A stretch of DNA of 64,000 bases from Octopus sinensis (taxonomy: Eukaryota): assembly GCF_006345805.1 (NCBI RefSeq), contig NC_043005.1, positions 52,638,001 through 52,702,000 of the forward strand. The letters are read 5' to 3'. Shown in pieces: positions 40,612 to 53,759 of the stretch (the first letter of the stretch is position 1; each line of letters starts with the position of its first letter). The translations under genes were made by a program, and so were the position numbers. Below the pieces are notes generated by a model. It was not told the DNA's origin, ran no database searches, and saw only the letters and a list, made by a program, of their open reading frames with translations.

Positions 40612-40921
40612 AGGGAGGCGCCATCCAACCAAAATGCAAATATATGGGAAACTACCACCTGTGTCATCTCTTGTGAAAGGTAGGAGAGTCCAGTTTGCTG
40701 GACATTGTTGTAGAGCTGAAAAAGAAGTAATTTCTACTCTTCTCCTCTGGAAGCCATCTACTCGCAATACCAGAGGGCGCACACTCTCCTACCCTGATGT
40801 AATCTCCAGGGATACAGGCATCCAGCAACAGGACCTCCGTAATGCTATGATGGACCGTGAAGTCTGGCGTAACATAGTAAATTCCATTGTCTCGACCACG
40901 GTCGAACAAGGATGATGATGT
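40612..40921 (+). mobile_element. RTE-clade LINE 3' end with (GAT)n tail
   Basis: HPTKMQIYGKLPPVSSLVKGRRVQFAGHCCRA...LLWKP...TLSYPDVISRDTG...AMMDREVWRNIV, then gatgatgatg. Confidence 0.85.
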
Positions 40922-40930
40922 AGTTTAATA

Positions 40931-41566
40931 TATTCAGATAAGAGAAGAAATGGAGCAACATGTAACGATTAGAAGTTGATCTTTAATGAATGATTATAGT
41001 TTAATTATCGTTAATATAACATTTACAGCTGTTTCAGTTTGTTATTTTTTAAAGTAAACTTGCGTTTATCTCGTTCCATGTAACAAACATTATCAGGGAC
41101 TTATCTAGCGTACTCAGATAACACGTTATTTGTTACGATTAATGATACTGGGTATAACTACCAGGTATAACTCTTTCGACTAACATCGCCGGTCAACTGG
41201 TCATTTCCCCCACTTTACTGCTCCATTCATCTACATGAAGCAACTGTACGCACACGTGCCATCTTCTAAGGACGCAAATATGTGAGCCTAAAGATCTAAC
41301 GAACTTTTCCCAATATTTTATTTTTATTTTCCTTTCCTTTTTTCCTTTCTTCTCCTGTCAATATTCCTCCGGTAAAATTCAAATCATTCTGATGATTTGA
41401 ATTTTATTACATGGAACGAGCTAAACGCAAGTTTACCTCAAGAATAACAAGCTGGAACAGCTTTAAGTGTTAGCTTAAACATAATTGAACTATGATCATT
41501 CAATACTAATGACCAACTTCTAATTGTTAAATCTTGCGCCATTTCGTCTCTTCTCTTATTTGAATA
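40931..41566. repeat. Fold-back element with ~150-bp diverged arms, right end at (TA)n; GAAAC-AGCT-GTA in the left arm (minus, 41024-41035)
   Basis: 40931-41082 pairs with 41407-41566. Confidence 0.75.
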
Positions 41567-41622
<56 letters not shown>

Positions 41623-41726
41623 GACTGCTCGCTTAGCCTGCGGTGTGGTGTCATTTGAAGGCTACAACAGTGCGAAGTGCATTGTGACCAGCGATTTGTA
41701 GCAACATCTGATGGTCGGTCACGGTG

Positions 41727-41789
<63 letters not shown>

Positions 41790-41827
41790 AATATATATGT
41801 ATGTATGTTTTTTTTTGTTTGTTCCTT

Positions 41828-42112
41828 CTTGAGCCATACCTGGCTCATAAGGGCCGGCTTCCCGGTTTCCCTGGCGTATAGGTTCCCTACCTGGACGGGA
41901 TGCCAGTCCGTCGCAGATGAGCTGCTAGATGCAGGAGGAAAGAGCGAGAGAAAGTTGTGGCGAAAGAGTTAGCAGAAGTTCGCCATTACCTTCTGCCAGA
42001 GCCGCGTGGAGCTTAGGTGCTTTCACTCATAAACACACACATCGCCCGGTCTGAGATTCGAACCCGCGATCCCGAGTCCGCTGCTCTAACCACTAGGCCA
42101 TGTGCCTCCACT
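41828..42112 (-). mobile_element. tRNA-derived SINE variant (head + distinct middle + gacggactggcatcccgtccagg module + tail 2)
   Basis: A and B boxes tggcctagtgg and ggttcgaatc. Shares its tail with 19865-19950. Confidence 0.75.
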
Positions 42113-43358
42113 ATGTATGTATATATATATATATATATGTTTGTGTGTGTGTGTGTGTTCAGTTGGTGAAGGCACATGGTTCAGTGGTTAGAGCGTAGAG
42201 CTTACGATCGTGAGGTTGTGAGTTTGATTCCCGGACCGGGCTGTGTGTTGTGTTTTTGAGCAAGACACTTTATTTCACATTGCTCCTGTTAACTCAGCTG
42301 TAGAAATGAGTTGCGACACCACTGGTTCCAAGCTGTAAAAATGAAGAGGGAATTAACGGTTCAACATGATGAAAAAAAAAATGAAAATATATATAGGAGG
42401 CGTGGGCATTTGTAAAACACCATTCAGTGAAAGTGGGTACAAGAGGTAGAAAACCACTAGAGAGCTTAATAATAATTATAACGTGTATATAGCTTTTAGT
42501 GTAAACAGTACAAGATTTCGGTTGTGCTTTCAGAGATAAATATAGGTCGTTTTCTTGAGCAATGTATAAATCACTGACCTGCGACCTTTGGCAGCAAAAA
42601 TTCTCAGGAACCAGTTTGATTGAAGTAAACTTGTATGGGTGTGAAAACCTCATGTAAACACATTTCGTTGTTTGCCTTCGATGAAGACCCTAGTGGAATA
42701 ATAGTTTCTGCTAAGGTGTGATCGTCACGAGGAAGTATATAACACTGTTACGTGTTAAATTCATATAATTAATATTTAAGTTTGTAGAATTTATTGCTTC
42801 TTTAATTAATTCAAATATCCGCTGATATTCTAAAGTAACAATCTTCACTTTACAATAATAATGATAACACAGTTTTGTTCCACTGCGAAAATACTAACCG
42901 AAAGGTCGATAGTCGAGGAATCAACCTGGTGGTTTGACTCGACAGAAATACCGCTCAAATCTACGTGAAATCTCACACACTGCAGTTTTAAAGTGTAAAA
43001 AAGAAAAGGGGGATTCAAGATAGTGTAGTCATATCTATATTATGCTTTACACAATGACTGGTTTGGTGGCGACATATTTATTTTTTTACTTGCTTTTAGT
43101 CATTAGACTGCGGCCATGCTGGAGCACCGATTTTAGTCAACTGTATCGACCCCAGTACTTATGTATATTTTAAAAACCTGGTACTTATATTATCGACCTC
43201 TTTTGCTGAACCGCTAAGTTACGGTGACGTTAATACACCAACATCTGTTGTCAAGCAGTGGTGAAAGGACACTACCACGCAGTAACACACACACACGCAC
43301 ACACACACATATATTTACAGCGGGCTTCTTTCATATATACACACACACACACACACAC

Positions 43359-43395
<37 letters not shown>

Positions 43396-43742
43396 TACAT
43401 ACATATACCTCTGTACATTCATGTATATACATAGGTATATACGGCTGTATATTGAAAGAGTGACATACCAAAAGAGTGACAAATCTAAATAAAAAAATAT
43501 TAACTGTTGTTTAAGTAGTTTTCCTATTTGGGGAGGGTTCAAACTTAAAACTACTTCAATGGTGATTGACTTTATGGTTCTGTAATGATATTATGCCTAC
43601 TATTATAGAATTAAACGTCGACTAACCGTAACCGTTAAAATAAAGGTGTTAGAGTGTGTTTAGGAAAATAATTCAGTTGATTCTGGAGCTTTTGGCCGTT
43701 TATTCTATTGTTAATATCGATTTTTTTATCATCTTGCCCATA

Positions 43743-45275
43743 ATGGATGAATAAAAATTCCTCAAATTCCTGAAAAGTAAAGACAAACTATCCTTTAAGG
43801 AGCACCTCTACCAACAACAACGATCCCGAAAGCAGGATCATTTCTTCAGGTGCGAGGACAAAAGATGTAGTGGTTCTGTAACCCTTCATGGAGTTCACTT
43901 TTTAATGCACACGGTGGCTGTATATCCGAGGCAAAGGGACATAATCATGCATGGAGAAAGGAAGTAATACAAGCTCTTGATGAACTGAAAAGTAAGGCTA
44001 GAGCTACAAACTCTACATCAGTGGCAATTATGCAGGAAGCTCACCAGAAACTAGATATAAGCGATGCCGTTGAAATGCCAAGTACATCAGCTATGAGGCA
44101 ACTTATTCATCGCATTCGTAAAAAAGAATTACCAGTGGAATCAAATTCTGCGATAGATTTGATAATCCCAGATAACCTAAAGGTCACGCAAACTGGGGAA
44201 AAGGGCTTTCTTTTGTTTGACACGAAAGTAGACAGCGACACTTTGAATGAACGAATCGAAGAGGATGGGGACGAGGAAGAGGATGAGCTCCAAGAGAGAA
44301 TTAGAGCTTTCGGTGGTGACGATAATTCACGAAGATTAGCCGACTTTGATATCTGGTTTTTAGATGGGACATTTAAAACTTGTCTACGACTTTTCTATCA
44401 GTTATATAGTATCCATTGCAGGTTCGAAGAACAAATTTTCCCAGTTGATTATACGCTGCTGACTGAGAAAACAACACATATATATTCATCAATGCTAGAA
44501 CACTTAACTTCGGTTTTAGAATCAAAAGAAATTCAATTAAACCCTACATTCTTTGTAGTAGATTTTGAGTTGTCTAGCATCAAAGCCCTCCAAGAAAAAA
44601 TTTCCCGAAGCAAGAATATCGGGATGCTTTTTTCACCTATGTCAAAGTACTTACCGAAGTATTCAAAAGAACGACCTTGTTGATGCATATAAAAATAATG
44701 AGAATTTAGCTTTAACTTTACGACAGCTGGCGGCTCTCGCATTTTTGCACTCTGATGAAATCGACGATGCATATTTAGATCTTTCAAATAATATTCCAAA
44801 TGAAGTTTAACCAGTTTATAAATATTTTGGCGATACCGATGTGCTACATAGACCCATAATTTCACGAAGTAGAGGAAGACCACGACATAACCAAATACGT
44901 TATGTCCCACGATTTGATCCACCTGTGTGGAGTATTTATCACTTGAAAGCATACAATCCCCCCAAGAACAAACAATGGTGTAGAAGCTTGGCACAGGAGA
45001 TTTGAAAATCACTTAACGATACCATATAGGTGTATACTCGATGTTTAGGAAGTACATAACGGAAGATCATCACATAGACCAAGAGGTACAGAATTTAAAT
45101 TTCAGTGATTAATTCGAGGACGAAGAGAGAACAAATTCAAAGTGAAATAGGCTTGCAACGGTTTTGGATAGACAGGGAGCTGTCTCTTTAAATGAATATA
45201 TCACAGGAATTGCTCAAAATTTACATTTTGGTTCATGCAATAAGCATCATGACGAAGATGAAGTTAAGGACTGTT
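43743..45275 (+). pseudogene. FLYWCH-MULE (Mutator-like) transposase pseudogene; the element probably starts near 43441
   Basis: LSFKEHLY...FFRCEDKRC...GHNH (FLYWCH-like); WFLDGTFK...FYQLYSIH; FVVDFE; FPEARISGCFFHLCQS; PRTNNGVEAWHRRF. Several frameshifts and stops. Confidence 0.9.
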
Positions 45276-47229
45276 AAAAATAATGTTTGCTTATGTTTGC
45301 TTATTATTCAAATGAATATTTAAGTATTTTTAGACGATATTTTTAAAGCTTTTTGTACATGTGTGTGCAAGTCTTCTAATTTCTTTATTGCCCACAGGGA
45401 GCTAAACATAGAGGGGGAAAACAAGAACAGACAAAGGGATTAAGTCGATTACATCGACCCCAGTGCGTAACTGGTCCTTAATTTATCGACCCCAAAAGGA
45501 TGAAAGACAAAGTCGACTCCGGCAGAATTTGAACTCAGAACGTAGCGGCAGCCGAAATACCGCTAAGCATTTCGTCCGGCTTGCTAACGTTTCTCCCCCC
45601 ATAACAGCAATATCCTGGAAAACTCTGCCTCGCTCACATTTCTCCACATCCTCTTTCACTCAGTCGGATATGACGACAAGGGTTGCTGCTGATCCGATCA
45701 AAGGAACAGATTGCTCGTGTTATTAACGTGAAAATCTCTGAGCACTCCACAGATACGCGTACCCTTAACGTAATTCTAAGGGAGATTCAGCGTGACACAG
45801 AATGTGACAAGATTAACCCTTTGAGTTCCAAACAGAACTTATTCTTGCCATCCTTTATGCCTGCCACTTCAGGATCCACTGGTTTCTCATTTCTTCGCTG
45901 TGTTTGCAGTGTTTAACTGTGCAAGTTACGCTCTAAAACTTTCGGTCTGCTCTTGTTTATCAATGGAATAACTGTCTGGGATTAACTCCATGCAAACATA
46001 TTTATCTACATAACGTCTCCATCTATACTCACTTGATTTAACTCTCTCTCTCTCTCTCTCTCTCCTTTTCTTATATAGAATAACCACCGATTCCCCAACA
46101 TGCACACAAGCATTCATAGCAATCGGCAAAGCCCTGAATAGATCGAGGGACTACTACCTCCTTTTTTTCTACTCTAACTTATAAATGTCCACCTTTAAAG
46201 CTTTAATATTTTGACTGCTTTATTTCGCGTTGGAATCGGGATAAACCTCTTAACACTTTCTTCATCTTTTCCTTTAAATACCATAATGGCAACGGTAGCT
46301 TGTATACTGTGTTTATTTAGCAGAATATACAGTCACAGTATATCTCAGATAACATCTTCCAATGTGTACTTCGTAGACTTTTTTCTGTCTCTATCTCTCT
46401 CTCTCTGTCTCTTTTTTCTTTTTTTGATAAGATGATTTGAAGGAAATATTGATGCTACTCTGTCTAACAGGTCAAGCGATAGTGTGGAGGGTTCTTTCGT
46501 TGGTTTGAGAACATTAATAATTGAAGATGAGTGGAGAAGAAACTTAACAATGTGCGACGTGATTAGCAACACTTAAACACACAGGAATCGACTGAATTAA
46601 AGTTCAGATATGGAGGGGGAAAATCAATTAACAGTCACATGTCATGGCCAAATCGTTAGTTATTCCCTTGGTGAGTGATACATGTGAGGTAAAAACTGTT
46701 AAATTATTAAATATTCAAGAGAAACCTACTTTTATCGATAGACACATAGGAGATTACAATGCCTGTTTCCCCAGATATAAACGGTAGATTTTAAAACATG
46801 CTTCTAGCGTGGGGTTCACTAAAACTATAGAAAGAAATAAAGAGAGATAGAGGTGTATGTAAGTGACCTAAGACAGCAGTAGAGAGCAAAAGAAGATGAT
46901 GAACGTTCAAATATTACTTTCCAGTAAATGTCTTGTTAAGATGGCCTCACCAGCAAAAAGTTTACTTTCAGCTCAGTTTGTTTCATATTCCTAATGATAG
47001 CGCTTGTTAATTCCTCTCCAATTTTGTTAGACCTATACTTTTGGTGGGGTTCTGTTTTTGTTTTATTTCAGAATATGAAAGTAAAAAGACTATGTAAAGG
47101 AGGGATATCAGTCATCTATATAGATTTAATTTCACTAATTATATTTTCAGTAGTTTTTATTCTGATTTTTAATTAAACCGCTCACAATATTACCAAAAGA
47201 AAACAAAGCTTTGTCGAAAATATGAAATA

Positions 47230-50200
47230 AGTGAAGCTTATAATATCAGTTTCAAATTTTGGCTCAAGGCCACTGATTTCAGGGTAGAATGTAAGTCGAT
47301 TACATCGACCCCCAGTGCTCAACTGGTACTTATTTTTTCGACTGAAAGGTAAAGTCGATCTAGGCGGACTTTAAACTCAGAGCGTAAAGACGGACGAAAT
47401 GCCGCTAAACATTTTACCCGGCGTGCTAATGAGTTTTCCAGCTCACCGCATTCAGAGGAATTTATAAATTCAAGGAACTAAATTATGGCGAATGTATTAC
47501 AATGCAGATTATAAAGAAGACACGCTAAAGCTCTGTTCTATGTCATGGTCGCATTTGTGCAAATAGCATTTTCTATTTCAATCAAACGGAGTCGGAACGT
47601 GGTTCGGATATCCACGACGTTAGATGTGCCACTAAACAATTTTCCCAGCGTGCTAGCGGTTCTATCAGCTCACTGCATTAAGGGGTATATCATGATAATG
47701 GTTCCACATTTTGACTCAAGGCCAGCAATTTTGAGGTAAGCGGATTAGTTGTTACAATCGACCGCAGTACTTGACAGGTATATAATTTTATTGTCCCCTA
47801 AAAATGAAGGGCAAAGATGGCCTCAGTGGAATTATAAGGCGGCGAGATGGCAAAAATTTCGGTCCTTGTGCCTAGGGTAGAAAAGAATATTTAAATAGGG
47901 CGGCGAGATGGCAGAATCGTTAGCACGCCGGGTGAAATGCTTGCAGTATTTCATCAGCTGTCACGTTCTGAGTTCAAATTCCGCCGAGGTCGGATTTGCC
48001 TTTCATCCTTTCGGGGTCGATTAAATAAGTACCAGTTACGCACGAGGGTGATATAATCGATTTAATCCGTTTGTCTGTCCTTGTTTGTCCTCTCTGTGTT
48101 TATCCCCTTGTGGTTAGTAAAGAAATAGGTATTTCGTCAGCCGTTACGTTCTGAGTTCAAATTCCGCCGAGGCCGACTGTGCCTTTCATCCTTTCGGGGT
48201 CTCTTAAGTAAGTACCAGTTACTTACTGGAGTTGATGTAATCGACTTAATACCTTCGTCTATCCTTGTTTGTCCCCCACTCTTTGTTTAATCTCCCCTGG
48301 GCAATAAATAAATAAATGTATTACTGCTGTTGTCGTTAAGTTGGCGAGCAGGCGGAATCGTTAGCACGCCGGGTGAAATGCTTAGCGGTATTTCGTCTGC
48401 CGTTACGCTCTGAGTTCAAATTCTGCCGAGGTCGGCTTTGCCTTTCATCCTTTCGGGGTCGATTAAATAAGTACCAGTTACGCACTGGGGTCGATATAAT
48501 CGACTTAATCCGTTTGTCTGTCCTTGTTTGTCCCCTCTGTGTTTAGCCCCTTGTGGGTAGTAAAGAAATAGGTATTTAGTCCTTCAGCGTGCTGAGTTCA
48601 AATATCGCCGAGGTTGACTTTGCCTTTAATCCCTTCTGGGAGTCAATAAAATAAGAACCAGTTGGGCACTGGGGCCAATGTAATCGACTTAACGCCTTCT
48701 CCAAAATTTCAGGTCCTGTACCTATTGTAGAAAGGAATTCTACTCTAGGTACAAGGCCCGAAATTATTGAGGAGGGGACCAGTGGATTAGATCGACCCCA
48801 GTACACAATTGGTACTTAATCTATCGACCTCGAAAAGATGACAGCAAAGTCGACTTCGGTAGAATTTGAACTCAGAACATAAAGACAAATGAAATACCGC
48901 TAAGCATTTCGCTCCGTATGCTAATGCCGCCTTAGTAGAAAGGAATATTACTAGTGTTGCTAAGGCGGTGAGACGGCTGCATCAGTAACACGGCGAACAA
49001 AACGCTTAGCGACATTTTGACTTAACGTACAGTGTTTCAATTCCACCGAAGTCGACTTTGCCTTCCATCCTCTCGTGGTCGATAGAATAAATACCAACTG
49101 AACACTGGGGTAGAAGTAATCGACTTACTCCTCCTCCAAAATGCTGACCTTGTGCCAGATTTGAAATTAATACATTACTGGTGTTACTTTTATTATTTAT
49201 CCTTTCTGCCTTTGAGAGATTTTTCCTGAAACTATCAAAGGATGGAATTTAATCTGCTGCACTAAGGACTTTTGCTATTTCTCCACTGCTCTATTGAATT
49301 CATATATTAATAACACAGTTCAAGAATTTCTAATTCACTGCTGTCTTTCACTCTCAACATTTAGCGACTTTCACATTTACAATCGCAGTAAGGTTGTAAA
49401 TATTATATGATGGATGTAAGTTTCTTAACAGCGAACTTTGCATGTAGATTTAACGGATAAGGAGGAACTAGATATTCAGTTTGTGTGTTGGAGAAGAGAA
49501 TCTGATTTGTTCACCATTTATTATATATTAAACATTGCTTCCATTACATTCATACTTTAAGGCGGTGAGTAGATAGAACTATTCGCACGTCAGACAAAAT
49601 GCTTAGCGGCATTTCGTCGGTTTTTACGTTCTGTGTTGAATTCAAATTCCGTCGAGGTAGACATTGACTTCCATCCTTTCTGGGTTCGATAAAACAAGAA
49701 CCAGTTGAGCACTGAGGTCGAATTAATCGACTAGTCCCTTCCTCCGGCACTGCTGGCCTTGTGCCAAAATTTGAAACAAACATTCTTTAATGGCGAGCTG
49801 GCGGAATCGGTAGCACGCCGGGCAAAATGCTTTGTGACATTTTGTCTGTCTTTACGTTCTGAGTTCAAATTCTGCCGAAGTCGACTTTGCCTTTCATCTT
49901 TTCGGGGTCGGACCACTGGGGTCGATGTATCAAACCGTTCTTCTCTCCCAAAATTCCAGGCCTTGTGCGTATAATACTGCGCCAGACAAAGTGCTTAGTG
50001 GCATTCCTTCCGGTTCTTTACATTCTAAGTTCAAATACTGCCTAGGCCGACATTGCCTTTCATCCTTTCAGGGTCAGTGAAATAAATACTAATTAATCAC
50101 TGGGATCAATGAAATCGACTTTCTCCTCACTCCCTAATTTTCAGCCTCGTACGTATTGTAGAAAGGATTATATTTATAGTTTCCTCACATTCACCAAGCG

Positions 50201-50520
50201 CGTGGTCCAGAGCAGAAATGAAGTTGTTACTGGATTTAAAATGTCATCCTAATCTTCGTTGAGAATTTTTAGTAATGAAGGCCGTTAGGAGAGTATGTTT
50301 GGAGATCGTGAAGCATCTATATTCGTAAAGATTTTAAAGGAGCTAGCTGGCTGAATCGTAAGTACGCCGGGTAAAGTACTTAACAGTATTTCGTCCGTCT
50401 TTACATTCTGTGTTCAAATTCCACCGAGGTCCACTTTGCCTTTCATCCTTTCGGAGTCGATAAAATAAGTACCAGTTATGTACTGGGGGTGATGTAATCG
50501 ATTCGAAATTGCTGGTCCTG
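47230..50520. mobile_element. Dense cluster of SINE family B copies in both orientations, including dimers at 47899-48315 and 48343-48740
   Basis: More than ten copies of the ttctgagttcaaatt...gtcgactttgcctttcatcc module. Confidence 0.9.
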
Positions 50521-51206
50521 TGCAAAGATATGGAAGCAAAGTTTTGTAACGATTTTGAGTGGTCATTTTAATTGCGTGCTATTCATTTGGCACTATGGCC
50601 AAGTATTTAATTATAAAAGTTCGCTTCACAATCAGGTTCGACCCCATAGTATATCGGGCAGTTCTCGTTTAACATCTCCTAGGTCAAGCTAAGCTTGATG
50701 ATTGAAATTATTTAGACAGGAACTGTGTGGATTTCCATTCGGATGGATTGAATCTGTAATTCACGGGTATAGCTTTGTCACACAAAAAATACGATGCTGA
50801 GTGTGCCTGAGAATCACAATACACTTGTCTATGGAATACTCAACCGCTTATACGGCAATTCAGTTAATGTATCAAATTGGAACTTCGTCATCAAAACCAA
50901 TAGATATCGATTATATTTATCATTTATATTTTACTTATTTCAGCCATTAGATTTCGGCCATGCTGGGGCACCGCATTGAAGAATTTTAAGTCGAATTAAT
51001 GAATCTCAGTACATTTTTAAGGCCTAGAACTTATTCTATCAATGTCTTTTGATGAACGGCGACATAAACACACGAGCATCTGTTGTCAAGCGGTGGTAGA
51101 GCACAAACACACGCACCATACGCGCGCGCACACACACATACATACGTACGTACGTACATACATACATACGTACATATATACATACATACATACATACATA
51201 CATGTA

Positions 51207-51441
51207 CAAGGTTGGCCAAAAGTCAGCCGATAGTAAACCAAAATTCCATAAATACTTAATATTTTCAATTATATTTATTCATTTGGGAAAATGTGTTGCT
51301 CAAGAAGGACTTCAGTTAAAACAATTTTCATGATGTTTCATATTTAGATACTTTTATTAAATTCATTCAGTTGTTAAACATAAATAAATCTTGGAATTAA
51401 ATGGTTTTGATTTACTGTCAAGTGACTTTTGTCCAACCTTG
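51207..51441. mobile_element. Tc1/mariner-type MITE
   Basis: TIR ta|caaggttggccaaaagtca pairs with tgacttttgtccaaccttg, with weaker pairing extending inward. No ORF. Confidence 0.65.
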
Positions 51442-51504
<63 letters not shown>

Positions 51505-51620
51505 CTCTATCTATCTATCTATCTCTCTCTATATATATATATATAAATATATATATATATATGGACTCCGTGTGGGCAGTCATCTAAAAGTTTTTGTTCG
51601 TCATGATGCTGACATAAGTT

Positions 51621-51715
51621 CCTTGTCTTTCCTGATGAGAAGGCGGCATAATGCACCCTTTATTCCTTCGGAATTAGGAATATGCAGTCTTCGAAACATA
51701 TGTCGAGAATAAAGG
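51621..51715 (+). ncRNA. Candidate type-I hammerhead ribozyme, fully canonical core, predicted cleavage after GUC (C51704)
   Basis: tttc-CTGATGA (51632-38), GAAGGC...GTCTTC 6-bp stem II, GAAAC (51693-97), ATAT, GTC, gaga. Stem I extends as cctt/aagg. Confidence 0.7.
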
Positions 51716-51904
51716 AATTTTGTTAAATCGTCGTTCAACTCCATTCTTTCATTTATTTATAGTAAAAAAAAACACACAAATTCCCACACGAAGGCACGTG
51801 ATCTCTGCCCTTGGCATGTAGCTTCAACCGTGTTTTCTGACGTGAATTTGCTACCCGGGTATCGGTTAACCGAATTATCCATACTAGGATAATTCATTCA
51901 ACTA

Positions 51905-51941
<37 letters not shown>

Positions 51942-52602
51942 ATATATATATTAATTGAATACACAACCGAAAGAGCTACTTATAGTTTCATGCTATTATG
52001 ATACTTGAACAGGTATAATGGTAAAATATGCTATCTACCTTAAAGCAATCTTCAAGGCTCTGTTTATGCGTTATATATATTTTTTAAAAGCAAGGGCGCT
52101 GGACAGTAAGAAAATAAGAACAAAAAACGTGGAAAAACATGATAAAGGTTGGTGCAAGAAATAGAACGAGAAAAAAGAAGCGAAATCAAGAAAACTAAAC
52201 CCTTTTCCTCCCTGATTGCAGAAAACTCGTTAAATACAACTGATTTAGAACAAAATAACTGAACATATTTTTTTTTTTTTTTTGGTCATTTTTGTTAAAA
52301 GAAATATTTTAAATAACAATTTCACGAATTGTTCTTTCAGACTTGAATTATTGTCCGAATGGGGACAATTTCCCACTGATAGAAACCATAATTATATTTT
52401 TTCATTAATTACCACTTGTTTTTATTAATTTCTCCAAGCATAATTCAATATTCCCAGCACAATGTTTGCTAAAGCGGACACCTTTTCTAAATTTTTCAAA
52501 AGTTGATTTTCTAATGTAGCAAAATCATTTCAATGAGTTGCTGTGCTTTTATATATTTGTTACTCCATATATCGGGCTTTCTGCCTAAGAGTATTAATAT
52601 GT

Positions 52603-53178
52603 GAGCTGGCAGAAGCGTTAGCACGCCGGGGGAAATGCTTACCGGTATTTCGTTAACCTTTACGTTCTGAGTTCAAATTCCTCCGAGGTCGACTTTGCCT
52701 TTCATCCTTTCGGGGTCGATTAAATAAGTACCAGTTACGCACTGAGGTCGATATAATCGACTTAATCCGTTTGTCTGTTCTTGTTTGTCCCCTCTGTGTT
52801 TAGCACCTTGTGGGTAATAAAGAAATAGGTATTTTGTCTACCTTTACGTTCTGAGTTCAAATTCCGCCGAGGTCGACTTTGCCTTTCATCCTTTCGGGGT
52901 CGATTAAATAAGTACCAGTTACGCACTGGGGGCGATATAATCGACTTAACCCGTTTGTCTGTTCTTGTTTGCCCTCTCTGTGCTTAGCCCCTTGTAGGTA
53001 GTAAAGAAATAGGTATTTCATTTGTCTTTACGTTCTGAGTTCAAATTCCGCCGAGGTCGGCTTTGCCTTTCATTCTTTCGAGGTCGATAAATTAAGTAGC
53101 AGTTGCGTACTGGGATCGATCTAATCGACTAGCCCCTTCCCCCAAAATTTCGTGCCTTGAGCTAGAATAGGAAAGATT
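52603..53178 (+). mobile_element. SINE family B head-to-tail trimer (184-bp internal unit)
   Basis: Junctions aaagaaatag|gtattt at about 52828 and 53012. The last unit has the alternative tail. Confidence 0.9.
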
Positions 53179-53759
53179 ATTTGTTACTGCCTGTATGGAG
53201 GTTTTGTTTGCAGTGGCTTGTGAAGGCGCATGGCTTGTGAAGGCGCATGGCTTGTGAAGGTGCATGGCTTAGTGGTCACGGTATACGGCTCGCGATCGTA
53301 AGGTCGTGAGTTCGATTGCCGACTGCGCGTTGTATCCTCAAGCAACACGCTTTATTTCACGTTGTTTCAGTCCATTCATCCAGCATAAAATAAAAGAGTT
53401 ATACACGTATTTCAAAGGGCCAAGCTTATCCCATCCTGTGTCATGCTAAACCTTCCTGAGAACTACGTGGATGGTACGCGTATCTGTAGATTGCTGATCT
53501 GTTTGCACTTTAATTTTACAAGCAGGCTGTTCCGTTTTGTCAGATCAACTGGAATTCTCGTCGTCATAGCCGACGGAATAGCGGGGTTTTTTTTTTTTGT
53601 GGTTTAACCGCAAATCAGTTTTAATCAAGAAATTTATGGTCAAAGCCGTTCCACATGTAGTGTATCATTCGATATGTAAGACTTTCTGTAAGGATATGGT
53701 TAAGTGTGGACTTGGCTGCTATTTCTAGAAGGTCGAGTAGTTGTTGTTGTTAGTATCCT

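Noticed and set aside
47899-53178. CRISPR-like or tRNA-gene interpretation of the regularly repeated modules
   Set aside because: The units are 180-400-bp SINE bodies without unique spacers. The heads have A/B boxes but no full cloverleaf, and there are no cas genes.
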